The notes: generated by a model not told the origin, from the letters alone. A stretch of DNA of 64,000 bases from Chiloscyllium plagiosum (GCF_004010195.1 NC_057718.1:89341645-89405644), one strand, 5' to 3'. Positions 37,915-50,530 are shown, numbered from the stretch's first letter. Made by a program: numbers and translations.

Positions 37915-40860
37915 CCCAGGGCACAGTGCGTTGGTCAGTGGGCCCGGAGTACAGTGGGACAGTCACTGGGCCTGGAGTACAGTGGGACGGTCAGTGGGCC
38001 CGGAGCACAGTGGGACGGTCACTGGGCCTGGAGCACAGTGGGACAGTCACTGGGCCTGGAGTACAGTGGGATGGTCAGTGGGCCCGGAGCACAGTGGGAC
38101 GGTCAGTGGGCCGGGAGCACAGTGGGACAGTCAATGGGCCCGGAGCACAGTGGGACGGTCAGTGGGCCCGGAGCACAGTGGGACGGTCAGTGGGCCCGGA
38201 GCACAGTGGGACGGTGAGTGGGCCCGGAGCACAGTGGGACGGTCAGTGGGCCCGGAGCACAGTGGGACGGTGAGTAGGACCAGAGCACAGTGGGACGGTG
38301 AGTGGGCCTGGAGCACAGTGGGACGGTCAGTAGGGCCGTAGCACAGTTGGACGGACAGTGGGCCTGGAGTACAGTGGGACCGTCAGTAGGACCGGAGCAC
38401 AGTGGGACGGTCAGTGGGCCTGGAGTACATTGGGACGGTGAGTGGGCCCGGAGCACAGTGGGACGGTGAGTGGGCCCGGAGCACAGTGGGACGGTGAGTG
38501 GGCCCGGAGCACAGTGGGACGGTCAGTGGGCCCGGAGCACAGTGGGACGGTCAGTAGGACCGGAGCACAGTGGGACGGTGAGTGGGCCTGGAGCACAGTG
38601 GGACGGTCAGTGGGCCCGGAGCACAGTGGGACGGTGAGTGGGCCCGGAGCACAGTGGAATGGTGAGTGGGCCCGGAGCACAGTGGAATGGTGAGTGGGCC
38701 CGGAGCACAGTGGAATGGTGAGTGGGCCCGGAGCACAGTGGAATGGTGAGTGGGCCCGGAGCACAGTGGAATGGTGAGTGGGCCCGGAGCACAGTGGAAT
38801 GGTGAGTGGGCCCGGAGTACATTGGGACGGTGAGTGGGCCCGGAGCACAGTGGGACGGTGAGTGGGCCCGGAGCACAGTGGGACGGTGAGTGGGCCCGGA
38901 GCACAGTGGGACGGTGAGTGGGCCCGGAGCAACAGTGGGATGGTCAGTGGGCCCGGAGCACAGTGGGACGGTCAGTAGGACCGGAGCACAGTGGGACGGT
39001 GAGTGGGTCCGGAGCACAGTGGGACGGTCAGTAGGGCTGTAGCACAGTTGGACGGACAGTGCGCCTGGAGCACAGTGGGACGGTCAGTAGGACCGGAGCA
39101 CAGTGGGACGGTGAGTGCGCCCGGAGCACAGTGGGACGGTCAGTGGGCCCGGAGTACAGTGGGACGGTCAGTGGGCCCGGAGCGCAGTGGGATGGTGAGT
39201 AGGGCTGTAGCACAGTTGGACAGACAGTGGGCCTGGAGCACATTGGAACGGTCAGTGGGCCCGGAGCACAGTGGGACGGTCAGTAGGACCGGAGCACAGT
39301 GGGACGGTCAGTGGGCCTGGAGCACGGTGGGAGGGTGAGTGGGCCTGGAGCACGGTGGGACGGTGAGTGGGCCCGGAGCACAGTGGGACGGTCAGTGGGC
39401 CCGGAGCACAGTGGAACGGTCAGTGGGCCCGGAGCACAGTGGGACGGTCAGTGGGCCCGGAGCACAGTGGGACGGTCAGTGGGCCCGGAGCACAGTGGGA
39501 CGGTCAGTGGGCCCGGAGCACAGTGGGACGGTGAGTGGGCCCGGAGCACAGTGGAATGGTGAGTGGGCCCGGAGCACAGTGGAATGGTGAGTGGGCCCGG
39601 AGCACAGTGGGACGGTCAGTGCGCCCGGAGCACATTGGGACGGTCAGTGGGCCCGGAGCACAGTGGGACAGTCAGTGGGCCCGGAGCACAGTGGGACAGT
39701 CAGTGGGCCCGAAGCACAGTGGGACGGTCAGTGCGCCCGGAGCACAGTGGGACGGTCAGTGGGCCGGAGCACAGTGGGACGGTCAGTAGGACCGGAGCAC
39801 AGTGGGACGGTCAGTGGGCCTGGAGCAAAGTGGGACTGTCAGTCGGGCCGTAGCACAGTTGGACGGATAGTGGGCCCGGAGCACAGTGGGACGGTCAGTG
39901 GGCCCGGAGCACAGTGGGACGGTGAGTGGGCCCAGAGCACAGTGGGACGGTGAGTGGGCCTGGAGCACAGTGGGACGGTGAGTGGGCCCGGAGCACAGTG
40001 GGACGGTGAGTGGGCCCGGAGCACAGTGGGACGGTCAGTGGGCCTGTAGCACAGTGGTTCGGTCAGTGAGCCCGGAGCACAGTGGATGGTCAGTGGGCCC
40101 GGAGCACAGTGGGACGGTCAGTGGGCCCAGAGCACAGTTGGACAGTCAGTGGGCCCAGAGCACAGTGGGACAGTCAGTGGGCCCGGAGCACAGTGGGACA
40201 GTTAGTGGGCCCAGAGCACAGTGGGACGGTCAGTGGGCCCGGAGCACAGTGGGACGGTCAGTGGGCCTGGAGCACAGTGGGACGGTCAGTGGGCCCGGAA
40301 CACAGTGGGACGGTCAGTGGGCCCGGAGCACAGTGGAACGGTCAGTGGGCCCGGAGCACAGTGGGATCGTCAGTGGGCCCGGAGCACAGTGGGACGGTGA
40401 GTAGGGCCGGAGCACAGTGGGACGGTCAGTGGGCCCGGAGCACAGTGGGACGGTCAGTGGGCCCGGAGCACAGTGGGATGGTGAGTAGGGCCGGAGCACA
40501 GTGGGACGGTCAGTGGGCCCGGAGCACAGTGGGATAGTGAGTAGGGCCGGAGCACAGTGGGACGGTCTGTGGGCCTGGAGCACAGTGGGACGGTCAATGG
40601 GCCTGGGTTGGAGTGGCCAGTGGGGTGGGCCCGGAGCACAGTGGGACGGTCAGTGGGCCCGGAGCACAGTGGGACGGTCAGTGGGCCCGGAGCACAGTGG
40701 GACGGTCAGTGGGCCCGGAGCACAGTGGGACGGTCAGTGGGCCCAGAACACTGTGGGATGGTGAGTAGGGCCGGAGCACAGTGGGACGGTCTGTGGGCCT
40801 GGAGCACAGTGGGACGGTTAATGGGCCTGGGTTGGAGTGGCCAGTGGGCTCGAGGCCCAG
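37915..40860. repeat. 28-bp GC-rich minisatellite (gggcccggagcacagtgggacggtcagt), about 105 copies
   Basis: ~2.9 kb of tandem units with clustered variants. Confidence 0.98.
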
Positions 40861-40924
40861 AGTGGAGCAGACAGTCAGCAGCCCTAGAGTTCTGGTCCAG
40901 GATTCTCACGAGGTAAAATTGCAG

Positions 40925-41378
40925 GTTGGGTAGGTAGTTAGGAAGGCAAATGCAATTATAGCATTTATTTCGAGAGGACTTGAACATAAAAGCAAGGATG
41001 TACCTCTGAGGCTCTATAAGGCTCTGTTCAGACCACATTTGGAGTATTGAGTGCAGTTTAGGGCCCCATATCTCAGGAAGGATGTACTGGCCATGGAGCG
41101 TGATCAGAGGTGGTTCATGAGAATGGTCCCAGGAATGAAAAGCTTAACATCTGAGGAACATTTGAGGATCCTGGCTCTATACTCAATGGATTTTAGAAGG
41201 AAGGAGGTGGGGGGGGATCTAATTGAAACATACAGAATACTGAATGCCCTGGACAGAATGGATCTTGGGAATATGTTTCCATTGGTAGGAGCGACTAGAA
41301 CCTGAGGGCCCAGCCTCAGAGTAAAGGGAAGACCTTTTAGAATGGAGCTAAGGAGAAACTTCTTCAGACAGAGAGTGG
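40925..41378 (+). mobile_element. CR1 ORF2 3' fragment
   Basis: LYKAL.RPHLEY..QF.APYLRKDVLAMER. Confidence 0.85.
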
Positions 41379-41475
41379 ATCAAATGGAACGTTTGCCGAT
41401 ATCTTCGATACATTTCTATGGCTGATATTCCCAATACGTAGGTAACAGCCTGTGGTCCTGCATGCCCATACTAAC

Positions 41476-41676
41476 CTTGTGTTTATTCAGAAGATTCTTG
41501 ACGTCTTCCTTAGACGTGACCAGGATCCTCTTGTCCAGTGACATCTTCTCTTGGCCTGTGTCTGTCAGATCGGTCAGATCCTGCAGAGCTTGTTCATACT
41601 GTCCCCTCAGAGCCAGGCTCTGGTTTAAGGAGCTGCGGCTGGATCCAATGATCATCGTCAGCTCTTCGTACATATC
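41476..41676 (-). CDS. SYNE1: Nesprin-1 coding exon (DMYEELTMIIGS...LLNKHK)
   Basis: ttaaag acceptor, gttagt donor, 201 nt phase 0-0. Confidence 0.93.
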
Positions 41677-41864
41677 CTTTAAAAGGAGAATGGAAAGTTT
41701 TGTGAAATGCAAAGGGACTGGTGCTATGATTGTCTCTCAGCCCCATTACTGAGTACTCAATAGCTGCAGGACTGCCATGTCCAACTCACCATGTTGATAT
41801 TAACATGCAGGGAAATACTTTATAATCTCTGTATCCAAAACCAAATTCTGCATCAATACATAGA

Positions 41865-42203
41865 CTGGCACAGGGACTCAATGGTTAGCACTGCTGCCTC
41901 ACAGCACCAGTGACCTAGGTTCAATCCCAGGCTCAGGCCACTGTCTGTGTGGAGTTTGCACATTCTCCCCGTGTCTGCGTGGGTTTCCTCCGGGTGCTCC
42001 GGTTTCCTCGCACAATCCAAAGATGTGCAGGTCAGGTGGATTGGCCGTGCTAAATTGCTCATAGTGTTCAGGGATGTGTAGGTTAGGTGCATCAGCCTGG
42101 GGTAAATATAGCGGGAATGGGTCTGGGTGGGTTGCTCTTTGGAGGGTCGGTGTGGACTTGTTGGGCCGAATGGCCTATTTTCACTGTAGGGAATCTAATC
42201 TAA
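41865..42203 (+). mobile_element. HE1-like V-SINE
   Basis: Full length, + strand. Confidence 0.88.
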
Positions 42204-42478
42204 TTCAGTGAGACCCGCAATCACATACAGCTGACAAAACCAACCAAACCAACACACAACATGCAGACATAACCAGATAATGTGACACTTCTAGACGGAA
42301 TCAGTTTGCAGAGAAAACAATAACATAGGATGGTGTAAAACCAACTCCCGAATTCAGCACAGGCTGTAATGATCCCCCTTCCCCATTCTAAACTCTCCGT
42401 TTGGAAGGTAAAGGGCTTCAGCCAATGGTGCAGCAGTGATCTTTCCCAGAGAAATGTCTGCAGTAAGAGTGTCCAGAC

Positions 42479-42598
42479 CTGCACTTTCGAGAGGTCCAGC
42501 AGTATCGCCTGATCTGGCTGCAGCTTCTCTCCCCGCTCTTTCAAATGACCAATCCGTGCCTCAAATTCCCTCAGGTCATCTTCCGCTTGCAAAATGGC
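42479..42598 (-). CDS. SYNE1: Nesprin-1 coding exon (AILQAEDDLREF...DLSKVQ)
   Basis: tgacag acceptor, gtctgg donor, 120 nt phase 0-0. Confidence 0.92.
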
Positions 42599-42649
42599 CT
42601 GTCAACAGAAGTAACAGATTTTATGGCAGTGTCCAGACATGTTGCTTTC

Positions 42650-43016
42650 ATTGGAGAAAAGAAGGTTTAGGGGTGACTTGATAGAGGTGTACAAGATGAT
42701 TGGGGTTTAGATAGGGTTGACCATGAGAGCCTTTTTCCACGTATGGAGTCAGCTATTATGAGGGGGCATAGCTTTAAATTAAGGGGGAGTTGGTATAGGA
42801 CAGATGTTAGGGGTAGATTCTTTACTCAGCGAGTCGTGAGTTCATGGAATGCCCTGCCAGTAGCAGTGGTGGACTCTCCCTCTTTATGGGCATTTAAGCG
42901 GGCATTGGATAGGCATTTGGAGGATAGTGGGCTAGTGTAGGTTAGGTGGGCTTGGATCGGCGCAACATCGAGGGCCAAAGGGCCTGTACTGCGCTGTATT
43001 CTTCTATGTTCTATGT
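42650..43016 (+). mobile_element. CR1 3' end (same young subfamily as 55905-56325)
   Basis: RGHSFKLRG...FFTQRVVSSWNALP; tail ttctatgttctatg. Confidence 0.9.
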
Positions 43017-43457
43017 TTACATGAACTCCGGCATCTCAGGTCAAGGGCAGAGGACTTTGGAGAGTTTTTTCCATCCTTTTCCTTGCACACAGACATATGA
43101 ATGAAAACGAGACCAGCCTTCAATAGCTACACCTTTGTTCAGCCTTATTGGGAAAGTCCGACGGATTAATTTTACTTGTTTTGGGTAGAGAAGCAGATAT
43201 GATGCCGTGTACACATGTGTACTGTTCCAACACAGAGCCAGGCTGATACTGGCAGCACTGCCCAAGAGGAGGGATCGGTTTCTCTGTGCCCAAATTCTCG
43301 AGAGTGTTTGTGGGACCAAAGGGCACGATCTCAGAGGAAGGGATTGCCCATTTAAGACAGAAATGAGGAGCAATGTCTTCTTTCAGAGGCAAGTGAATCT
43401 ATCGATGGCTTTACTGCAGAGGGCTGTTGAGGCTGGGTCATCAAGTATATTCAAGAT

Positions 43458-43661
43458 TTTAGTGAGTTTTGAGAAGATTTGTGGCTCAGGTTGAAGTTCT
43501 GGATGTAGGTTTGCTCGCTGAGCTGGAAGGTTCATTTCCAGACATTTCGTCACCCTACTAGGTAACATCTTCAGTGGGCCTCTGGGCGGAAGATGTTACC
43601 TAGTAGGGTGATGAAAGTCTGGAAATGAACCTTCCAGCTCAGCGAGCAAACCTACATCCTG
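43458..43661. mobile_element. Penelope-derived inverted-repeat insert, family 4, 10-bp TSD
   Basis: Arms 43501-43572 and ~43589-43659; TSD tattcaagat at 43448-43457 and 43662-43671. Confidence 0.8.
43538..43577 (-). ncRNA. Minimal type I hammerhead ribozyme motif (family 4)
   Basis: CCA-CUGAAGA-U-GUUACC-uaguag-GGUGAC-GAAAUGUC-UGG; stems I and II pair. Confidence 0.6.
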
Positions 43662-43842
43662 TATTCAAGATATATAGGTTTTTTATCAGTAAGGGAATCA
43701 AGGATTATGGAGATAAGGCAGGAAAGTGGAGTTCAGGATGATCAAATCAGCCATGGCCTCACTAAATGGCAGAACACTAAACCCGATGGGCTGACTGGCT
43801 ATTTCTGCTCTCATATCTTACAGTCTTATAGTTTAGAGTATG

Positions 43843-43965
43843 TTATGGAGGTGCCGGTGTTGGACTGGGGCGGACAAAGTCAGAAGTCACACTACACCAG
43901 GTTTTAGTCCAACGGGGTTTATTTGAAATCACAAGCTTTCGGAGCGCTGCTCCTTCATCAGGTGA
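43843..43965 (-). mobile_element. Penelope-derived single arm, family 2
   Basis: Same tail as 12135-12329. Confidence 0.7.
43929..43965 (-). ncRNA. Best-preserved minimal type I hammerhead ribozyme motif, sense to SYNE1 pre-mRNA
   Basis: UCAC-CUGAUGA-A-GGAGC-AGC-GCUCC-GAAAGCUU-GUGA; 4-bp stem I, 5-bp stem II, palindromic AGCU. Confidence 0.65.
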
Positions 43966-44282
43966 AGGGGAGACGCAATCCCAAGATTTAAGCTGGGAAC
44001 CCATTCCCAGAAAGAACACTGAGCTCACTGAGAACTGGCTATTTGGAAAGGAAGGGTATATAAATGATAAGGGGGAGTAAGGTTACGGGGGACAGCATAA
44101 ATGGAAGTGCCATCTCCAAAATATCCTTCCCTATCGCAAGGTCTGAAATTCCCAAACGCTTTAAAGAAACAATTGCAATCATTAGAAGTTGTTTCCCTTC
44201 CCTCCAATATCTATCTTGGAATACCATCTTAAACCAAAAACAAGTGGAGTTGTAGCTTGATACAGACAGGAGTGATTCTTAC

Positions 44283-44384
44283 CTGCAGTTGCTCTGTGAC
44301 GGTATGCCCCAAAGCCTCAGCTAGCTTCTGTAGGACGACATATTTACTATCAGCCAGGGAGGTGATCAGCAGCTTCAACTCAGT
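44283..44384 (-). CDS. SYNE1: Nesprin-1 coding exon (TELKLLITSLADSKYVVLQKL...EQLQ)
   Basis: ttgcag acceptor, gtaaga donor, 102 nt phase 0-0. Confidence 0.92.
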
Positions 44385-44717
44385 CTGCAAACAACAAAGA
44401 ACAGCAAGGGGGTTTGCAAAGGGTGACAATTCCGCTTCCCGTGACTGTCCTTGAAAAGACACACATCAAGAGCTCTGCAGTCAGTGCACCAAAATGACCT
44501 AAAAACTCAACCATCAGTACACCCCATCCACCGCAGAGGCCTTAGTCCTACACATCTCCTTCATACAGTCTCACTGCCCTGATGTCTTATGCCGATCCAT
44601 TCACAAATTCAGAATCCAGAGCTTCTCAAACTTTCCAACATGGCCCTTCCAAGATGTACACTGTCACCTATGGCTCACTTGGTATCAGACTTGCTGACAA
44701 AGCTTGAAGGTTGCGGA

Positions 44718-44995
44718 TTCTGACCAGACCCACCCCCTCGCCCTATCCCCATGACCCCAGATTTGCCATGGCTAACCCACCTAGCCTGCACAAGATGGGG
44801 CAATTTAGCGTGGCCAATCCACCTAACCTGCACTTTTTGGATTATGGGAGGGAACCGGAGCACCCGGAGGAAACCCACACAGACACAGGGGAGAATGTGC
44901 AAACTCCACACAGACAGTCGCCTGAGGCGGGAAACGAACCCAGGTCCCTGGCGCTGTGAGGCAGCTGTGCTAACCACCGAGCCACCGTGCTGCCC
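44718..44995 (-). mobile_element. HE1-like V-SINE
   Basis: Head and V-domain on minus strand. Confidence 0.85.
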
Positions 44996-45864
44996 TCTAT
45001 GCACATGTGCGTATGTAATTCTCAGCCAATATCACTGAAACAGATGATCTAATCATTTATTTAATTGCTTGTGGGATGTTACGGTGGACAAAATGGCTGT
45101 TGCATCCCCTAGAACAGACTACAATTTAAAATAAAAACAGTAAAGTACTTTGGAGTGTTCTGAGGACATGACAGATGCTACCTAAATGCAATTCCTTCTC
45201 TCCTTTCTATGTTCCAACAAAGCTGTATACGTTCCCTGTTGTTGGTAAGCAATAGGATTTGTCATTGATCCACCAAACGCACTGTGGTGCTACATGGAGG
45301 CCCCATCCATCGCTCTAGGCATTTCAATTTCATACTAGAGAGACCAGAAAGTGGGGTTGAAGGGTGAACAGAGTCTGGACGAGTGAGATCATCACGGTTT
45401 GGCAGTCAAATATAACCGTGGTTCAGTTACTCTATTCCATTGGTAGCAGTGTGACAGCCAGTGACAACATAAGCAAATGAGTGTTGTTTTGTAAAGCAGA
45501 GTAACCGGTTGATTAGCATGGCAACAGCATAACTTAACCTCTCCAGGAAAACCACCCTCACGGAAGGTCCAAACCACACTATTCTCTTCTGAAAGCACCG
45601 AAGTGAGAATGCTGATGGTTGGAACTCCCCCATCTCTCTCTGACTATGGCTCTTTAATCATCAATCTTTCCCACATGCAACTCATTCCCCTTTGCCTTCC
45701 CCATGTAAAATGTGGAAAAATCCTTTTGTGCAAGTTTTAAGCAGCACACATAATTTGCAGATACGCAGTTAACAGGTACAACTCTTTCACACAGCGGGTG
45801 GTGCGTGTATGGTAGGAGCTGCCAGAGGAAGTGGTAGAGGCTGGTACAACTACAAGTACTTGAT

Positions 45865-46180
45865 AAGATTAGATTAGATTAGATGCTCTAGTGTGGAAAC
45901 AGGCCCATCAGCCCAACCAGTCCACACCAACCCTCCAAAGAGTAACCCACTCAGACCCATTTCATTCTAACCAATGCACCTAACACTACGGGCAACATAG
46001 CAAGGCCAATTCACCTGACCTGCACATCTTTGGACTGTAGGAGGAAACCGGAGCACCCGGAGGAAACCCACGCAGACACAGGGAGAATGTGCAAACTCTA
46101 CACAGATAGTCACCCGAGGCCGGAATCGAACCTGGGACGCTGGTGCTGTGAGGCAGCAGTGCTAACCACTGAGCCCCCGG
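45865..46180 (-). mobile_element. HE1-like V-SINE
   Basis: Full length with (gatta)n tail. Confidence 0.88.
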
Positions 46181-46329
46181 TGATAAATGTCACTGTTCTA
46201 CACGAACAACGTGCTTTGATTTCAGACCGCTGTTCTCAGACCTTGACTGACTGCAATGAACAACAACGTCTCCAGCCACCATGCCAAACATGAACCTGAG
46301 CTGTTCCATTTAACCTCTGTTCCATATTA

Positions 46330-47045
46330 CCAAGGGAGTGTTGCTGAACAAAGAGACCTTGGAGTGCAGGTTCATAACTCCTTGAAAGTGGAGTCTCAGG
46401 TAGATAGGATAATGAGGAAGGCATTTGGTACGCTTTCCTTTATTGGTCAGAGGAGTTGGGAGGTTCTGTTGCGGCTGTACAGAACATTGGTTAGGCCACT
46501 GTTGGAATTTTGCGTGCAATTCTGGTCTCCTTCCTATCGGAAAGATGTTGTGAAACTTGAAAGGGTCAGAAAAGATTTACAATGATGTAGCCAGGGTTGG
46601 AGGATTTGAGCTATTGGTAGAGACTGAATAGGCTGGGGCTGTTTTCCCTGGAGCGTTGGAGACTGAGGGGTGACCTTATAGAGGTTTATAAGATTATGAG
46701 AGGCATGGATAGGATAAACAGGCAAAGTCTTTTCCCTGGGGGGGAGGAGTCCAGAACTAGAGGGCATAGGTTTAGGGTGAGAGGGGAAATATATAAAAGA
46801 GACCAAAGGGGCAACTTTTTCACACCGAGGGCGGTGCATGTGTGGAATGAGCTGCCAGAGGATGTGGTGGAGGCTGGTACAATTGCAACATTTAAAAGGC
46901 ATTTGGATGGGTATATGAATAGGAACGGTTTAGAGGGATATGGGCCGGGTGATGGCAAGTGGACCCGATTGGTTTGGGATATCTGGTCGGCATGGACAAG
47001 TGGACCAAAGGGTCTGTTTCCGTGCTGTACACCTCTATGACTCTG
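46330..47045 (+). mobile_element. CR1 (HER1-like) ORF2 C-terminus and 3' UTR
   Basis: EQRDLGVQV...LYRTLVRPLLEFCVQFWSP...WNELP. Confidence 0.92.
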
Positions 47046-47609
47046 TAATTAGCTACAGAACCATGGAAATGGTGCAGAACAGCTTGCCCAGCCTGAGGAG
47101 TAGGGAATCAACAAAACTTCTCAGACACTTTTTCAACATTCAGCCCCATGTTGAAGCAGTCAGGGTCCCTGGTTGCCTGCCTCCTATGATCTTAAAACAT
47201 ATTTAAGGTTCTGTACGCAAATGGCATACAACTGAAAACAATTAAAATGCATACAGTAGAAATTTAATCTTTATTAAATTGTAACGTATGTTAAAAATAT
47301 TCCGAGTGATCTCGTTAGTATAAAATTCTATCATGACTGTCACAACAGAGCTGCCTGTGTAACCTGGTCACTGTTACTCCCCACTTATCACTGGGAACGA
47401 TATAATCGCACACTTGTATTTATTGCTACTGTGCTACACGAAAACCCTGCAGCTCGCAGTAACCCTGCAGCTTCTTAAAGTGTTTGAAATTACCTTGCAG
47501 TTTGCTATTTCATTGGAAACGATCATTTGCAGTTATCTAAAAATAATCCGGTGAGTTTTAAGCAGTGTGCGTTATTTGCAGCTCTGTGCAGATATGCATT
47601 TAACAGGTA

Positions 47610-47948
47610 AAACCTTTTTATGCAGAGGGTTGTGCGTGTGAGGAGTGAGGAAGTGGTGGAGGCCTGTACAATTACAATATCTGGATGGGTATATGAATAG
47701 GAAGGGTTTAGGGGGATGTGGGCCAAATGCTGGCAAATGGGACTCGGTTAATGCAGGATATCGGGTCAGCATGGACAAGTTGGTCCAGTCTATTCAGTCT
47801 CTACCAATAGCTCAAATCCTCCAACTCTGGCTACATCCTTGTAAATCTTTTCTGAACCCTTTCAAGTTTCAAAACATCTTTCTGATAGGAAGGAGACCAG
47901 AACTGCACGCAATATCCCAACAGTGGCCTCACCAATGTCCTGTACAGG
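47610..47948. mobile_element. CR1 3' end (+) fused to an inverted CR1 ORF2 piece (-)
   Basis: Strand switch near 47785. Confidence 0.75.
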
Positions 47949-48080
47949 CTTTTCAATTTTGGAAATGGAAAAGTGCATTTGCAGCAGCAACCTCTGGGAA
48001 TACTCCAAGCCGACTCCAGGGAAATCCTTCAGGGCAGTGAAGCATAGCCAGATTCATCCTGAAGACAGAGCAGCACTTAC

Positions 48081-48287
48081 TTGGTACTCCACCAGCTGCT
48101 GCAATTGGTCTTTGATCTTCTCACAGCGCTCCTTCACCGTTAACCCCAGCGCACCAAGTCTTTCACAGAGGCAGCTCACGGTTTCCTCGATGGCATCCTG
48201 GTTCACCGGCTCAGGCAGAATATGGAAAAAGGCATCCTTCTTCTCGTTGACTTCTTCAATCACTTCCTCAATATCTTTCCCGAGAGC
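48081..48287 (-). CDS. SYNE1: Nesprin-1 coding exon (ALGKDIEEVI...QQLVEYQ)
   Basis: ctccag acceptor, gtaagt donor, 207 nt phase 0-0. Confidence 0.92.
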
Positions 48288-48543
48288 CTGGAGTAAACAA
48301 ATCAGCAGCTGGCATCAAGTGACTGCACACTGGGCAGGCAGGCGGTTCATTCCCAGCCTCAGGGGGGGCCCTGACTGATAGATGAAACCCATGGTCTTCA
48401 CCCCACACCTCCCCCTGCACTTTGACAGCCTACGGTCTAGATACAAACAGACGTCCAGTCCCTCCGCTGCACTCTACAAATATAGGGCTTTATCGGCACT
48501 GTGAGGAGATGTCAGCTACCTTTAAACATGGACAATCTCTTAC

Positions 48544-48699
48544 CTCTTCATGATACAAGTGTGTCTCAGCCTTTTCTGGGAGGAAACTTGTGCTGACCAG
48601 CAAGTGGTCTTCAATTCCATCCAACCAACGACAGGTAACTGAAACCGCGTCGTACAACTTCTGTTCCAGCGGGAGGCTTTGCTCCTCGGCATCTTTACC
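48544..48699 (-). CDS. SYNE1: Nesprin-1 coding exon (GKDAEEQSLPLEQKLYDAVS...HLYHEE)
   Basis: ctgaag acceptor after long polypyrimidine tract, gtaaga donor, 156 nt phase 0-0. Confidence 0.88.
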
Positions 48700-48719
48700 C
48701 TTCAGACCAGCGAACGGCA

Positions 48720-49262
48720 GAGGGGCGGGGAAGAGGGGCGGGAGGGGGAGGAGAGAGGGGGGAGAGGGNNNNNNNNNNNNNNNNNNNNNNNNNNNNNNNN
48801 NNNNNNNNNNNNNNNNNNNNNNNNNNNNNNNNNNNNNNNNNNNNNNNNNNNNNNNNNNNNNNNNNNNNNNNNNNNNNNNNNNNNNNNNNNNNNNNNNNNN
48901 NNNNNNNNNNNNNNNNNNNNNNNNNNNNNNNNNNNNNNNNNNNNNNNNNNNNNNNNNNNNNNNNNNNNNNNNNNNNNNNNNNNNNNNNNNNNNNNNNNNN
49001 NNNNNNNNNNNNNNNNNNNNNNNNNNNNNNNNNNNNNNNNNNNNNNNNNNNNATGAGCGGGGAGAGAGAGAGAGAGGCCAAGAGAGGTGGGGGGGAGAGA
49101 GAGAGAGAGACAGACAGACAGACAAAGAGTGCATGGGAGAAAGAGAGTGCATAGGAAGAAGAGAGAGAGGGAGGAAGAGACAGAGGGAGGAACAGAGAGA
49201 GAGGGAGGGAGGAAGAGGAGGAGACAGAGGGAGGACGAGAGAACAGGAGGGAGAGAGAAGAT
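48720..49262. repeat. GA-rich low-complexity tract containing an assembly gap (N 48769-49052)
   Basis: Purine-rich on + strand; fills most of a 638-bp intron. Confidence 0.9.
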
Positions 49263-49337
49263 GAGTAAGTGACTCTGACCAACCTCACTGCTTCCATCAA
49301 AGATTTGGATAAAGTGGAGTGAGGATGCTGTACATAC

Positions 49338-49475
49338 CTGAGGTGTAACCTCTCCAAAGGCCTGACCCAGGCCAGTCAGGAGGGATTTTGCTGTCTGCAC
49401 AGACTTGTCCAACGTCTGAGCCTCCCCTTTGAATAAAACCATACCACTCGATACTGTACTGGACACACCATAGAC
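49338..49475 (-). CDS. SYNE1: Nesprin-1 coding exon (VYGVSSTVSSG...AFGEVTPQ)
   Basis: tagcag acceptor, gtatgt donor, 138 nt phase 0-0. Confidence 0.87.
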
Positions 49476-50227
49476 CTGCTAACAGTGAGCAGAGAGAGGC
49501 ATGAATCACACTATTTCACAGATAAGTCTGCATCCAAACAAAGGCCATTCAATCAGTGAGCAGAATTACCAGCTCGGTCGGTGTGATTGTTATTTGTTGG
49601 GTAAATGCCTATCATATATATTCTGATGGATGACAGAGCGGGGAGACAGAAATAACTGGCATTGCTGTCCCTCTATACAAGACCAAGTCAAACACACTGA
49701 TCTCCCGGGAGGAGCCATGACCAGGGAGACCAAAGATTGGAGACAGAATCAGCTAATTGTACTCTGAGCTCAACTGTACAATTCCCCCCCCATCATGTGC
49801 ATCAGGTCTTACCTTCAAACCCCACTCTGAAGGCTTCAGCATGTGTTCCTGGCTGGCACCTTAATGTGGTACTGAGCACTGTCAGGGAATGTCTGTTCTC
49901 TGCTGGCCAGAAAACATTCACAAGAAACAGGAACAGGGTTCGGCCATTTGACCCCTGAGCCAGTCCTGTGGTTCAACAGGATTATGACTGATCCAATGTT
50001 CCTCATGTCCATCTTCCAGTATTTTCTCTAGAAACCTTGACTCCCCCCCCAACTCATCGGGAATCCTGAAGCACTGCTCACAAGAGCAGGGCTGTCCTCA
50101 CCAGTGTCGGGGTCAATCTTATCTCCGGTCTGGTCATGACCCCATTGCTGCTTCCGGGAACCTGCAGTGCGTAAAGTGGTTTCTGTGTCTACCACATTAA
50201 TGCAGCGGCCAGATGTCCAAATTACTT

Positions 50228-50530
50228 CATAGAAACAAGCCATTTGGCCCACTGAGTCCACATCGACCCTCCGAACGGCAACCCACTCCCCTACCCTATC
50301 CCTGTAACCCTGCAACTCTCTATGGCTGACGCATTTAGCTTACACATCCCTGGACCCTATGGGCAATTTAGCCTGGCCAATTCACCTGACCTGCACATCT
50401 GTGGGCTGTGGGAGGAAACCCACACAGACACGAGGAGAATGTGCAAACTCCACACAGACAGTCACTCGAGGGTGGAATCGAACCGGGTCCCTGGTGCTAT
50501 GAGGCAGCAGTGCTAACCACTGAGCCATCG
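50228..50530 (-). mobile_element. HE1-like V-SINE
   Basis: Head, V-domain and tail. Confidence 0.85.

Larger units (their letters stand above)
43300..43830 (+). mobile_element. CR1 3' end interrupted by a Penelope-derived palindrome
   Basis: TKGHDL...EMRSNVFFQRQVNL and 3' UTR resuming after 43661. Confidence 0.75.

Noticed and set aside
37798..41038. Many overlapping ORFs with GPEHSGTVS repeats
   Set aside because: All derive from the 28-bp minisatellite
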